Of a stretch of 64,000 nt of DNA, positions 28,128 through 38,335 are shown piece after piece. The translations under genes were made by a program, and so were the position numbers. The stretch spans positions 46,018 through 110,017 of the forward strand of contig CAZPUS010000005.1 of NCBI GenBank assembly GCA_964589825.1. The letters are read 5' to 3'. The notes beneath the pieces were generated by a model that made no database searches, was not told where the DNA came from, and worked only from the letters and a program-made list of their open reading frames with translations. The DNA is from an uncultured Fibrobacterota bacterium. GTDB taxonomy: Bacteria > Fibrobacterota > Chitinivibrionia > Chitinivibrionales > WJKA01. Every line of letters begins with the position of its first letter. Position 1 is the first letter of the stretch.

Positions 28128-30689
28128 ATGATATTATATCGATACGTCCTTAAAAAACATTTCCCCCCGTTTATCTATTCTATCGCGATTATTCTCTTTA
28201 TTTCGATTGTCAATTATGCGGTACGAATACTGGATAAAATAATCAGCAAGGGGCTCGAACCGGGCGTGGTGCTCGAGATTTTTCTGGTCAATCTCGGATG
28301 GATGGTTGCACTGGCAGTACCTATGGCCACGCTTACCGCCACACTTATGGCGTTTGGCAGTATGTCTGCGGACAACGAGATGGCGGCGATACGGGCTTCG
28401 GGGATTCCTCTTTACAAGCTGTTGATTGCTCCGCTTTCCGCTTCGAGTGTGCTGTGTGTGTTGCTGATTTTTTTTAACAATCTTATTCTGCCCGACGCGA
28501 ACCACAGAACCGCAAGCCTGATGTCCGATATTTCACGAAAGCACCCGGCTGCATTTATCGAGCCCAAGGTACTTATCGATGAGTTCAGCGATTATGGACT
28601 GTATGTCGAGCGGGTAAAAAGCAAAACCGGGCGGCTCTACGGGATCAAGGTTTTCTCTCAGCAAAAGGGAGGACGGTATACCACAACAGTCGCCGATTCG
28701 GGAGAAATCATTCAGACACATAACGGCAGGTTCCTCAGGCTCACCCTCTTTCACGGCGCATCGCATCAGCTCGGCGGTAAAGAGCCCGGGGAGTATATCG
28801 TCAGTTCGTTCAACGAGCAGATCCTGGTGATAAAAAACAAGGATACAAAACTGCAGCGGCGCGACCGCAGTCATCGAAGCGACAGGGAAAAAAGCTCCGA
28901 AGCAATGCTGAGGGATGTAAAACGCTACACCGAAAAAAAACGGCATACGGTAAGCCAGTACAATGCATTTCTCGATTCTCTTCAGCGCAGCGTGACGCGA
29001 TGGGATTCGCTTTACCGTGTTACGCCTTTTAGTCCGGATACGGCTATCCACCGCTCCGATTCTACATTTATGCAGTGGCGTGCCGGTATCGTCACCGCGC
29101 AGCAGATGGAAACGCGGCTGACACACATGCAAAAAAAGGTGCAACGGTATGCCCGTACCATTACCAGGTATGAGAAAAACAGTGCCAAATATATGGTCGA
29201 GGTGCATAAGAAGTTTTCAATACCGTTTGCCTGTATCGTATTTGTGCTGATAGGATCTCCCCTGGGGATAATGGCGCGAAGGGGCGGTATCGCGGTAGGA
29301 GCGAGCTACAGCATACTTTTTTTTATTATCTACTGGGCTCTGTTGATACAGGGGGAGAAACTGGCGGACGAGCTGGTTATTTCCCCGTTTCTTGCAATGT
29401 GGAGTGGTAACATCCTGATCGGCGCGTGTGCATTGGTTCTTGTGTCACGACTGGGCCGACGCCGCATGAGTATTTCCTTTGCTCCGCTCCTGGAGACGCT
29501 TCGTTCATGGGCTGCGCGTCTGCATCGGAATCCGGTTATTCGCGCCATGATATTTATTGCATCGCTTCCCGTAAAGGGATGCTTTTTATTTTTGCTGTTG
29601 TTTCGCAGAATTTCCGGCATCCTTCCGCTTTACATCATACGATTATTTCTTGGGTATGTTATCGGGATAACCGTGGCGATTATAGTCGTATTTGTCACCG
29701 TCGATTACGTATCGAATTCGGGGTTGTTCAGCGAGGCGGGTACCGGGGATATCGCCAGGTACTATCTCTACTACATGCCGTGGATTCTTCCCATGATATT
29801 TCCGGTTATCAATCTTCTCGCGTCGATGGCCGTAGTGGGTAAACTTGTCGGAAGACGTGAGATCGATGCAATGCGCGCATCGGGAATCAGCGTCGTTCGT
29901 GCGTTCAGTCCGTTGCTGCTTGTGGGGCTGCTTTTCACTGGAGGAACGTTTCTTACCCGTGAAGCACTTCTTCCCCAGGCAAACATGAAACGGGAGGTGC
30001 TCAAATCCAGGCTCAAGGGGCACGGCGAACGGATGGCGGGGCGTCATAACCGGAGGGATTTTTATTATTTTGCTAATGACAGTACGGTTTACTTCTTTGA
30101 AAGACTCCGTGGATCCCGCAACAGCGGCCGCAAGGTGTGGGGGCAGTATTTTACCAAATCGAACCGCATGCGAAAATTCGTGCAGGCGGAAAAAGCGTCC
30201 TGGCGGGACAGCAGCTGGTATCTTTATAATGGTGTAGTGCGCTATGTAAGGCCTCAATCCGATTCTTTCGCGCAGTTCGATACTTTGAAAGATGTTGCAC
30301 TCGATGTATCCGCACGAAAAATGGCGACTACCATATCGTCACCGCTTGAGCGCAGCTACTGGGAGCTGCATGAGTATATCCAGCGTGCAAAACGACGAGG
30401 AGAAGAGATTCAGGAGTATCTTGCGGAGCTGCACTTCAAAATGGCATTCCCGTTCATGAATTTTATCGTGATATTACTTGGCGTTTCGATTGCGGCACGT
30501 ATCGGGAGAAGGGGCGGAGCCGTGCTGTTCGGCATCGGCATTTTCGTGAGTTTTTTTTACTGGATGGGTGCACGATTTGTGCTCGAATTCGGCAAAAACG
30601 GCTACATCTCACCGATTCTCGGCGCGTGGATAGGTAATGTAATATTTTTTGTAATTGGGATATGGCTTTATGCAACAACCGACAGATAA
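28128..30689 (+). CDS. fused LptF-LptG-type (YjgP/YjgQ) lipopolysaccharide export permease
   Basis: 853 aa. The N-terminal half starts with the family-typical MILYRYVLKKHFPPFIYSIAIILFI... A second permease module starts near LPLYIIRLFLGYVIGITVAIIVVF... Each half has the 3+3 TM arrangement around a large periplasmic insert. Confidence 0.85.
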   Translation: MILYRYVLKKHFPPFIYSIAIILFISIVNYAVRILDKIISKGLEPGVVLEIFLVNLGWMVALAVPMATLTATLMAFGSMSADNEMAAIRASGIPLYKLLIAPLSASSVLCVLLIFFNNLILPDANHRTASLMSDISRKHPAAFIEPKVLIDEFSDYGLYVERVKSKTGRLYGIKVFSQQKGGRYTTTVADSGEIIQTHNGRFLRLTLFHGASHQLGGKEPGEYIVSSFNEQILVIKNKDTKLQRRDRSHRSDREKSSEAMLRDVKRYTEKKRHTVSQYNAFLDSLQRSVTRWDSLYRVTPFSPDTAIHRSDSTFMQWRAGIVTAQQMETRLTHMQKKVQRYARTITRYEKNSAKYMVEVHKKFSIPFACIVFVLIGSPLGIMARRGGIAVGASYSILFFIIYWALLIQGEKLADELVISPFLAMWSGNILIGACALVLVSRLGRRRMSISFAPLLETLRSWAARLHRNPVIRAMIFIASLPVKGCFLFLLLFRRISGILPLYIIRLFLGYVIGITVAIIVVFVTVDYVSNSGLFSEAGTGDIARYYLYYMPWILPMIFPVINLLASMAVVGKLVGRREIDAMRASGISVVRAFSPLLLVGLLFTGGTFLTREALLPQANMKREVLKSRLKGHGERMAGRHNRRDFYYFANDSTVYFFERLRGSRNSGRKVWGQYFTKSNRMRKFVQAEKASWRDSSWYLYNGVVRYVRPQSDSFAQFDTLKDVALDVSARKMATTISSPLERSYWELHEYIQRAKRRGEEIQEYLAELHFKMAFPFMNFIVILLGVSIAARIGRRGGAVLFGIGIFVSFFYWMGARFVLEFGKNGYISPILGAWIGNVIFFVIGIWLYATTDR

Positions 30690-31083
30690 CGAGAAAAACG
30701 CATCAGCCGATCACCCTTTAAAAATATTTATCGTGGATAACAATCACGATGATCTCGATTTGTTCGAGCTGTTTCTTTTTCGGGATTACGATATCGAGAC
30801 CTTTCTCGATATTTACAGTGCATTGCGGCGTATCCGGGAACAGGGTGAGCGGGTCGATCTGCTTATAACCTTTACCATGTTGCCTGAAGCGGATGCGAAA
30901 AAGGTAATCGAGCTGCTGAAAGAGGATGACTCGACCGCACTGATTCCTGTCGTCGCCATAATATCATCGGTCCAGAAGTATTCCATTACCGAATTGATCA
31001 GCAGCGGGTTTACGGATGTGATCGGAAAGCCGTTTTCTCGCGATGATGTGAAAGCTACTGTCGATAAGGTGCTCGGAGAATGA
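30655..31083 (+). CDS. receiver (REC)-fold protein lacking the phospho-acceptor aspartate
   Basis: 142 aa. Aligned by eye to CheY: VDNNHDD for the acidic pocket, ITFTMLP where CheY has ISDWNMP (Asp57 replaced by Phe), and a conserved GKPF Lys. The start is uncertain (an alternative ATG lies at 30670). Confidence 0.7.
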   Translation: MGYGFMQQPTDNEKNASADHPLKIFIVDNNHDDLDLFELFLFRDYDIETFLDIYSALRRIREQGERVDLLITFTMLPEADAKKVIELLKEDDSTALIPVVAIISSVQKYSITELISSGFTDVIGKPFSRDDVKATVDKVLGE

Positions 31084-31093
31084 TGAGGTATGC

Positions 31094-32860
31094 ATGTCGA
31101 TAACACTGCGTAATAGTGCACTGATATGTGCCGCGATTGGCTTTGGTGCCTTGTTGTCGCTTCTGTTGCAGGGTTCCTTTCATCTTCCGGTATTTTTGGT
31201 CTCGGCTGTGATGTGTATCGCAGGAGGGCTACTGTATGCCGTGGCAAAACCGCGTACCCCGGACACGTCCAACGAGTGTGGGCACTCGGGTGATTCGTTC
31301 AAAAAAGGGGTGATAGAAGAATTCGATGAGACCCTCGAGCTTACCGATGAGGTAACGGTCAAGGTTCTTACCTCCGATTATGCAAAGCGGCAGTGGCAGG
31401 AGACGGACGAGATTATCGATTACATCCTGGATAATGCCATCGAGCTTATTGCGCAGCGAATAGACGGCAATACAGTGGGGATGTTTTTTCCGGCGGGAGA
31501 CGGTGGCTACAGTCTGAGAAGGTATCGGTCCAAAAGCGAGCATGTCGATCCGAATGCGGTCATTTATCCGGGAAAGGGGGTCATCGGCAGTTTTTTGAAG
31601 GAAGGTCTCAAGAAGCTGAATCTCAAGGATATCGTCTCGGACAGTATTACACTGCATTACTATTCCAGAGACGCCGGAATTCGCTCACTTATTGCAAGTC
31701 CGCTGTCGGTCAACGAAACCGACTGGGGTACTATCGTGATAGATAGTACGGAGGACATGCACTTTACTAAAGCGGATGTTGAATACCTCGACCATGTGGC
31801 GTATGTGTTGACTCGTGCCTTGTATTACGCGCATAAAAGCACCGACCAGCGGCTGCGCTATTCCAGGCTTCGTGCAATGAGCGTTACCGAAAAGGACTTT
31901 TTCAGTGAGAGCACGGTCGAAGCGGTTGTAGACAAAATGTATTCGATTGTCCCGTATGCGGTACAGTGCGATCGTATTACAATAAGCCTGCGGGACGAAG
32001 ATAAAAAGAGCGCAACCATTGTACGGGCGCAGGGCCCGGGTGCGGATCGTTTGAAGGACGTATCGTGTCCTGTTGAAAACCATTCGCTCGTTGGACTGGT
32101 GTATGGAAAAAATATTACCCTGTCGCGAAATTTTTCGGATGATCGATATGAAACACGCTATTTTGATGACGAACCACGGTGTCGTGAGCTTCGGTCATTT
32201 CTCATTGTACCGTTCGGTATCGGCCAATGTACCGGTGCGATACTGTTGGAGTCAACTCTGCCCGATGCATTCAGCCAGTCGAGCAAAGGACTTCTGTCCA
32301 GACTGGCAACATCCGCAGGAGTCGCGATAGAGAAAATCAAGGTAATCGACCAGGCGCATCGGCTCGCGACGCATGACGGGCTGACCGGGCTGAATAATCA
32401 CCGCAGTTTTCAGCGGGTGCTTCGCAGGGAGTTGAAAAGGGCCGATCGCTACAAGACCGATCTTTCACTCGTTATTTGCGACATCGACCATTTCAAAAGC
32501 ATTAACGACACCTATGGTCATCAGTTCGGTGACGAGGTACTCAAATCGATTGCCGGTATACTTGAAAAAGAGTCGAGAAAAGATGTCGATATTCCTGCCC
32601 GGTATGGCGGAGAGGAGTTCGGCATAATTCTCGGAAATACAAATGTCGATGAAGCGCGGGAAATAACCGATCGTATTCGTACGCATATTGCACAACAGGT
32701 ATTTCATACCACCCAGTCACAGCCGGTGTCGGTTACCATGAGTTTTGGTCTCGCAGGATACCGTGTTCATGCGACTCGTCCGGAGGATATCGTGAAGAAG
32801 GCGGATAAAGCCCTCTATGTGGCTAAACGAAGCGGCCGCAACCGTGTAGAGGTATTTTAG
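31094..32860 (+). CDS. membrane-anchored GAF-GGDEF diguanylate cyclase
   Basis: 588 aa. Two N-terminal TM segments, GAF-like middle regions, and a C-terminal GGDEF domain with an intact RYGGEEFGIIL active-site motif. Confidence 0.9.
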   Translation: MSITLRNSALICAAIGFGALLSLLLQGSFHLPVFLVSAVMCIAGGLLYAVAKPRTPDTSNECGHSGDSFKKGVIEEFDETLELTDEVTVKVLTSDYAKRQWQETDEIIDYILDNAIELIAQRIDGNTVGMFFPAGDGGYSLRRYRSKSEHVDPNAVIYPGKGVIGSFLKEGLKKLNLKDIVSDSITLHYYSRDAGIRSLIASPLSVNETDWGTIVIDSTEDMHFTKADVEYLDHVAYVLTRALYYAHKSTDQRLRYSRLRAMSVTEKDFFSESTVEAVVDKMYSIVPYAVQCDRITISLRDEDKKSATIVRAQGPGADRLKDVSCPVENHSLVGLVYGKNITLSRNFSDDRYETRYFDDEPRCRELRSFLIVPFGIGQCTGAILLESTLPDAFSQSSKGLLSRLATSAGVAIEKIKVIDQAHRLATHDGLTGLNNHRSFQRVLRRELKRADRYKTDLSLVICDIDHFKSINDTYGHQFGDEVLKSIAGILEKESRKDVDIPARYGGEEFGIILGNTNVDEAREITDRIRTHIAQQVFHTTQSQPVSVTMSFGLAGYRVHATRPEDIVKKADKALYVAKRSGRNRVEVF

Positions 32861-32971
32861 TACAAACCAGAAAGATCAGGTATGCATTCAAAAGACTCCC
32901 CTCACACGCAGGATCGGTGCTTTATATCGACATACGTATGCATGCGAAATCCAGACAACGGATGCCGCAGC

Positions 32972-34774
32972 ATGCTGCGTAAAGAGAAGACACGACCCTT
33001 GCGGGGTGATGAGATCGATACACTGCAGCGTCAGGGTAATATGGCGTATGATTGGGAATTGATACGGGTAACCGACGGTTTTTTACCGGACAATATTTAT
33101 GCCAACCGGTTTACCTCGTGGTGCATACTGGGGCGATTCGACGAATTGGTCGATTCCGCCGAGGTGCCCGTACTTTCAGCCGGCATATATCATTCGGTGA
33201 TTGGAGAATGTGAAGTCGGTGATAACGCACTGGTGGCATTCTGCAGACATGCATGGCGCTATATTGTTTATCCCGGTGCGTGTGTGTACGATGTCGGCGC
33301 CCTCGTGTGCGGCACCTCCACCCAGGCCGCAAACGGATTGACAGTACACGTGGGCCCGGAAACAGGGCAGAGAAGCTGCGGTATAGATATGGATATGTCC
33401 TTTGACGATGTGCTGCAGTGCATATATCGTGATTCGTGCGGGGGTACGGGAGAAGAGAATGGGATACCGGCAACCGATTTCGGAGTGATAGACTCCTGCA
33501 GCACTATTGTACGCACATCCCGTGTGCATAATTGCTGTATTGGTAAGCATGTTACCATACGGGATGTGCAGAGTGTGAGTGAATCGAGTGCCAAAGGAAG
33601 TGAAGATCGACCGGTACTGGTTGCCGACGGAGCATTTGTAGAGCGATCCTGTCTGCAGGCCGGCTGCGAAGTATCATCCATGGCACATGTAAGCCGTTCG
33701 CTACTGTGTGCCGGTGCAGGTGCGTCACGTCACGGCAAAATCATGGAAAGCATTGTAGCGGGACCGACGCATGTGGAAGAAGGCGAAGTGACCGCGTCGC
33801 TTCTGGGGCCTGCAGTTGGATTTCATCACCAGGCGTTGTGTATCTCGGTGTTGTGGCCGGGAGGAAAAGGAAATGTCGGCTATGGCGCCAATGTCGGATC
33901 GAACCATACCGGGCGTGTTGCCGATCAGGAACTTCGTGCAGGTGACGGTCTCTTTTTCGGCCTTGGCGTAAACATAAAATACCCTGCCGATTTTTCATCC
34001 GCGCACTGGTCGATCATTGCAACCGGCGTGACCACGCTGCCGCAGAAAATGACGTTTCCGTTTTCTCTCATCTCGATGCCCCGTTTCAACGATGACGACA
34101 TACCGCCCGCGTATAATCAGCTGAGCCCCGCCTGGGTACTGCAGCACAATGTATACGGAGTGCTTCGCAATGAATACAAATTGAAAAAACGACTAATGGA
34201 TACACAGCAGTCGATGCATTCCCCGCTTTTTACCGTACGTGTGCTGCAGGATATGAATGCAGCGGCAGATTCGCTTGACCGATTCCTTGACAGGCATAAC
34301 ATAGAGAACCGTGTGTACGATGACCGGAATATCGACGGGGCCGGGAAAAACAGTGTTCAGCATTCGCATATCGAGCCTGCCCGGAATGCCTACCGCAGAG
34401 TCGTAGACTATGTGCTTTTGCGTCAGTGGGTGCAAATGCTGCAGCATGAAGATAAGGACAAATGCAGTATGCAGGAGGCTGCAAAAGCGTTCGATCAGCT
34501 GAGGCAAGAGTATAGTACGACCACGCTTGTGGCTCGCATCGACCAGTTGCGCACGCGCAGTGTGGATGTCCGTATGGAGTTTCTCGTTGACCTCGATCAG
34601 CAGATCTACCAGGCGGCGCGCGCTTCAAAACAGCGAGATTACGTGCGCGGCAATGCAGTGTTTGCCGATTACGAGCGGATATACGGTGGTATCGAAGATG
34701 ATGCGCTTTTGGGAGAAATCAAAGCAGAACAGAAGCAAAGGAAGGCGTTCGTTACACGGTGTCTTGACAGATAA
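32972..34774 (+). CDS. DUF4954-like protein (left-handed beta-helix-like repeats), function unknown
   Basis: About 600 aa. The N-terminal pattern LRGDEIDTLQRQGNMAYDWELIRVTDGF and the middle block GYGANVGSNHTGRVADQELRAGDGLFFGLGVNIKYPADF match my memory of the DUF4954 family. Start set at Met 32972; the track's Met at 32882 is possible. Confidence 0.6.
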   Translation: MLRKEKTRPLRGDEIDTLQRQGNMAYDWELIRVTDGFLPDNIYANRFTSWCILGRFDELVDSAEVPVLSAGIYHSVIGECEVGDNALVAFCRHAWRYIVYPGACVYDVGALVCGTSTQAANGLTVHVGPETGQRSCGIDMDMSFDDVLQCIYRDSCGGTGEENGIPATDFGVIDSCSTIVRTSRVHNCCIGKHVTIRDVQSVSESSAKGSEDRPVLVADGAFVERSCLQAGCEVSSMAHVSRSLLCAGAGASRHGKIMESIVAGPTHVEEGEVTASLLGPAVGFHHQALCISVLWPGGKGNVGYGANVGSNHTGRVADQELRAGDGLFFGLGVNIKYPADFSSAHWSIIATGVTTLPQKMTFPFSLISMPRFNDDDIPPAYNQLSPAWVLQHNVYGVLRNEYKLKKRLMDTQQSMHSPLFTVRVLQDMNAAADSLDRFLDRHNIENRVYDDRNIDGAGKNSVQHSHIEPARNAYRRVVDYVLLRQWVQMLQHEDKDKCSMQEAAKAFDQLRQEYSTTTLVARIDQLRTRSVDVRMEFLVDLDQQIYQAARASKQRDYVRGNAVFADYERIYGGIEDDALLGEIKAEQKQRKAFVTRCLDR

Positions 34775-34898
34775 GGTAATACCGATCAGTTTTTTTTGTC
34801 CCCATATTCTGAATCTGAACCCCGGGCTTTTGTGTGTTTCAAATATGCTGTCGTTCTTACAGCCGTTGTGTCCCCGAGAACAATCGAGCGGTTTACGC

Positions 34899-36803
34899 TC
34901 AAGAAGATATCTTAGCTGAGACAAAGGTACGGGCAACAAAGCCGGCCCATACAAGCCCTTTCAGGATTGCAAGACACAGGGCAAAATATGCGGTTCCCAG
35001 AAGTGGGATGAACACCACGCTCGTAAGCGACATGCCGAAAATGCCGCCAAAGAGATCCGCTGCATAACAGTGATGGGTGTTTGAACCTTCAAGGGAGACG
35101 AATTGGGCCGCGCTGAGTATTCCAATGCCTGTATGAAGAATAAAAAAGAGCCATACCGGAGGAAAAGAGAGGCTGAGAAGAAAAAGAAGGGCAGCGGCGC
35201 TGTACAGGGCAATAAAGATATCGCCATGCGTACGCATTCGTAATCGACTTCCGATAACAAAGCCCAGGGTAAGTGCCAGCATCAGAAGCGAGATGTACGA
35301 GTAGAGATTGCCGTAATACGACTGGTACAGCAGCATGAGCGCGACCGAAAATGCGCCGGTGGTAAACCCGCTGGTCGAAATAGAAAGCGAGGTGCGGTTT
35401 TTAGGCAGCAGCAGGAATGCGGCCGCGACAAAAAACGCGCCAAGTAATGCAAGAAAGAATGCGGATAGCGGGAAGTGCTCCAGCCATCGTTGCGCAGAGA
35501 GGGTAAGGGCAATCGGTTTTTGTACCGTATTGATGGCAGAGGTGTCGGAAATGGCATTTACCTCTCTTATCCGTTGCGGTGTAACCGCGGAAAGGATATA
35601 ATGTTCGAGGTATCTGGTCGGTACCGATATGGAAATACTCTCTTTCAGCGCAAAAGTCGATGCGGTAAATGTATAGCCGTTTCCGGGATAGACGAAAAGA
35701 TCGGAAAACATGGTGTCAAGGGTTGTATAGACCGTGGTAAAAAGCTGTCGGGAGCTGGCGCTCATATAATTCGTATTGAACGACAGGGTGACACTTAAAA
35801 GTGAGGAGTCGGACATCATCTTTTTGCATCGGGTATAGAACGAGCGGGTAAAATAGCGATTCGACCCGGCATTGTAGGGGATATCCGTTGCCAGCAGGAT
35901 ACAGTCGTACTTTTTTTCGCAGCAGTAGCGGGAGACTGTACCGGTCACCATACCCGAATCGGCCAGCAGCGGTTCGGACTCGATGCAATCGATCTCGAGC
36001 CCGGGATACTTTGTAAGCTCACGGCGATGGTGTCGATCGTGCACCAGCAGCACCCGTTTGGCATGTGGCAGAAATGAGAGTGGAATATGTACCGACTGCT
36101 CGATCGAGGGGAGTACGATATTCGATCGATAGAGGTGATTGTTTACCAGCAGGGAGGTATCGGTACCGGAAATAATGAATGCAATTTCACCCTGATGTCC
36201 GTACCGTACGACGTCGGGTTCTGACTGATATTTCCAGTTCCGGCTTTGGGGATCGATAAAAAGAAACAGCGCACACGCAACAAGGCTGATACCCAGGAAA
36301 AGCCTGCGTGTGCTAATTGTAAAAATATAGGGAAGCAGACACACGACAAGCAGCAATGCATTGGGAATAAAGGAAAGAACTCCACCAAAGACGATCAGGG
36401 ATCCAGCCATATTTCCTGCATTTTCTATCCCGTATACCCCACGCCGCGGCGTGGACAGGGAGATCGTGCCAAAAAGATACCCGGAGAAAAACGCAAAAGG
36501 GCTCTGGGTAAGTACGATAAACGCGGTAATCGTAAGAGGGGAAAGCATCTCGCCCGGACCGCTCAAAAGCCGTACCCCGCGTATACTTATACAGCCGTAG
36601 AGTGCTGATACCACAAGCAGTAGTACAATGAATTCGATGCTTTTTTTGTGGTGCGCACGTGCACTGCGACTGCCAATGCCACTGCATAAAAGCCATAACC
36701 CGAGTATGAGCCCGATAACGAGCTCATTTCCGTGGAAAATGCCGAGGAACTCTCTGATAAATATGCATTGAATACCGGCGGCGCCGATGCCGCCGGCGAG
36801 CAT
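34899..36803 (-). CDS. polytopic membrane protein with a central spermidine-synthase-like (degenerate) domain
   Basis: Has the architecture of 'fused MFS/spermidine synthase' proteins: ~8 N-terminal TMs, a soluble middle region, and C-terminal TMs. The usual GGGDG SAM-binding loop reads LLVHDRHHRR here. The start is placed at Met 36803, 10 nt after the upstream stop; the track's Met at 36881 would overlap by 68 nt. Confidence 0.6.
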   Translation of the reverse strand: MLAGGIGAAGIQCIFIREFLGIFHGNELVIGLILGLWLLCSGIGSRSARAHHKKSIEFIVLLLVVSALYGCISIRGVRLLSGPGEMLSPLTITAFIVLTQSPFAFFSGYLFGTISLSTPRRGVYGIENAGNMAGSLIVFGGVLSFIPNALLLVVCLLPYIFTISTRRLFLGISLVACALFLFIDPQSRNWKYQSEPDVVRYGHQGEIAFIISGTDTSLLVNNHLYRSNIVLPSIEQSVHIPLSFLPHAKRVLLVHDRHHRRELTKYPGLEIDCIESEPLLADSGMVTGTVSRYCCEKKYDCILLATDIPYNAGSNRYFTRSFYTRCKKMMSDSSLLSVTLSFNTNYMSASSRQLFTTVYTTLDTMFSDLFVYPGNGYTFTASTFALKESISISVPTRYLEHYILSAVTPQRIREVNAISDTSAINTVQKPIALTLSAQRWLEHFPLSAFFLALLGAFFVAAAFLLLPKNRTSLSISTSGFTTGAFSVALMLLYQSYYGNLYSYISLLMLALTLGFVIGSRLRMRTHGDIFIALYSAAALLFLLSLSFPPVWLFFILHTGIGILSAAQFVSLEGSNTHHCYAADLFGGIFGMSLTSVVFIPLLGTAYFALCLAILKGLVWAGFVARTFVSAKISS

Positions 36804-36813
36804 ATACCGCAGT

Positions 36814-38331
36814 CTATTTCCCCGACTCGCTGAAATGGATGACGCGGTAGCGTTGGATGTCTGCGGTTTTCCACGCGTCACGGGGCAGGCCTGCCTTGTG
36901 AGAGAGATTGCGGAGGAATTCTTTTTTATCGTTGAGTTGTTCCCATACCTGAGGAAGGTAGGTCGATCGATGCATTCCGCGGGAAAGGATGATGCCGTCT
37001 TTGCCTTTGACTATTTTGTCAAGCAGGTCTTTCGCATCGCGGTACTCTATCGGTTCGGGTTTCGTGAGCACTGAAATCTCGATGGAAATACCATCCAGCT
37101 CCGCTTTGGTTACAGGAGAAAACCGGTGGTCATTAAAGGCGGCGTGCTGCGCGTTCTCTTTTATTGCCTGGAAGATCGGCTTGACCGGTTGTATATTTCC
37201 GATACATCCTCTCAAAGCACCCTGTGAAGTAAGTGTCACAAAGCACCCCCGCGCTTTTTTGAGCTCCTGCGGTGCATCGTCGCATGAAGGAGGTGATTCG
37301 TCTCTGAGCGATGCGGCGATACTTTGACGCGCGAGTCGCAGCATATACTGCTTTGCGCTGTCTGAAAACGACATCGGTTCATCGGGTGTGTGTGCCGAGC
37401 CGTTTACCTCCTCGGAAGAAAAATTATCAGAATGGGCAACGGCCGAAGCGGTGTTCGCACCCCGTTGTTCAGGACAGTAGATGATGCTGGTATAGCCTAC
37501 GACCCTGTCTTTGGGGGCGTATTCGGGTGCCGCATCGTGAGAGTTTAATGCCGCACGCATTATGGGCTGAAGATTGAGTTGCCCGGCAAGATGGATAAGC
37601 ACTTTTATTCCGGTTTCGCCACACGCCTCTATCGAGGCATCGGTATTACCGGAAAGGATCGCTTCGATGCTCTGCGAGTCTATTCGATTTGCCTCTTCAT
37701 AACTGTGAAAATGAGACAGGTCGGATGAGGCCACGACAACGGTACGCTCGTCGATATACGGTTTAATGAGCCGGGCGACCTTTTCGGCCGGTGCATCACG
37801 CATGAGCATAGGAATAAAAGTGAACTCGTCGAGGCGCATTTGCAGAAACGGAAGCTGTACCTCGATACTGTGCTCCTGCGCATGTGCGTTCGGTGAGGAA
37901 GAGACGAGCGGATCGTTGCGCAGTTGCGAAATAACATCTTTGTCGAGTGAGACGTTACCCAGTGGCGTATGATACGCATCGACGTCAGGGATGGAAATGC
38001 CGTCAACCGGATAGTGATGTGCAGGCCCGAGAATGAATACACGCCTGATTCCCGGCTCGAGAGCGGCATATCCGAGTGCCGCGAGCTCTCCGGAGAAAGG
38101 ATAACCGGCATGCGGACTCAAAAGCAGTGTGGGACTGCATGGCGCCTCTTTCGCCTTTTCAAATGCGGAAGAGATAAACTCACGGACCTCTTTTGGATTC
38201 GAGGAATAAAATTGACCCGCTACTGCGGGTTTACGGATATCTTCTGCTTCGGTTCCATTGCAATGAAACAAACCCATAACACATACTCCTGCTATAATCC
38301 TTGAAATATACAACCGCAGGCGCGCAGCCAT
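36814..38331 (-). CDS. AmmeMemoRadiSam system fusion protein: MEMO1-family (protein B) + AMMECR1 (protein A)
   Basis: 505 aa. The Memo-like N-half has AGQFY, SPHAGYPFSG and ILGPAHH. The AMMECR1 C-half has GALRGCIGNI and STYLPQVWEQ. The N-terminus looks like a signal/lipoprotein peptide (IIAGVCVMGLFHC). Confidence 0.85.
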   Translation of the reverse strand: MAARLRLYISRIIAGVCVMGLFHCNGTEAEDIRKPAVAGQFYSSNPKEVREFISSAFEKAKEAPCSPTLLLSPHAGYPFSGELAALGYAALEPGIRRVFILGPAHHYPVDGISIPDVDAYHTPLGNVSLDKDVISQLRNDPLVSSSPNAHAQEHSIEVQLPFLQMRLDEFTFIPMLMRDAPAEKVARLIKPYIDERTVVVASSDLSHFHSYEEANRIDSQSIEAILSGNTDASIEACGETGIKVLIHLAGQLNLQPIMRAALNSHDAAPEYAPKDRVVGYTSIIYCPEQRGANTASAVAHSDNFSSEEVNGSAHTPDEPMSFSDSAKQYMLRLARQSIAASLRDESPPSCDDAPQELKKARGCFVTLTSQGALRGCIGNIQPVKPIFQAIKENAQHAAFNDHRFSPVTKAELDGISIEISVLTKPEPIEYRDAKDLLDKIVKGKDGIILSRGMHRSTYLPQVWEQLNDKKEFLRNLSHKAGLPRDAWKTADIQRYRVIHFSESGK

Positions 38332-38335
38332 TGTA

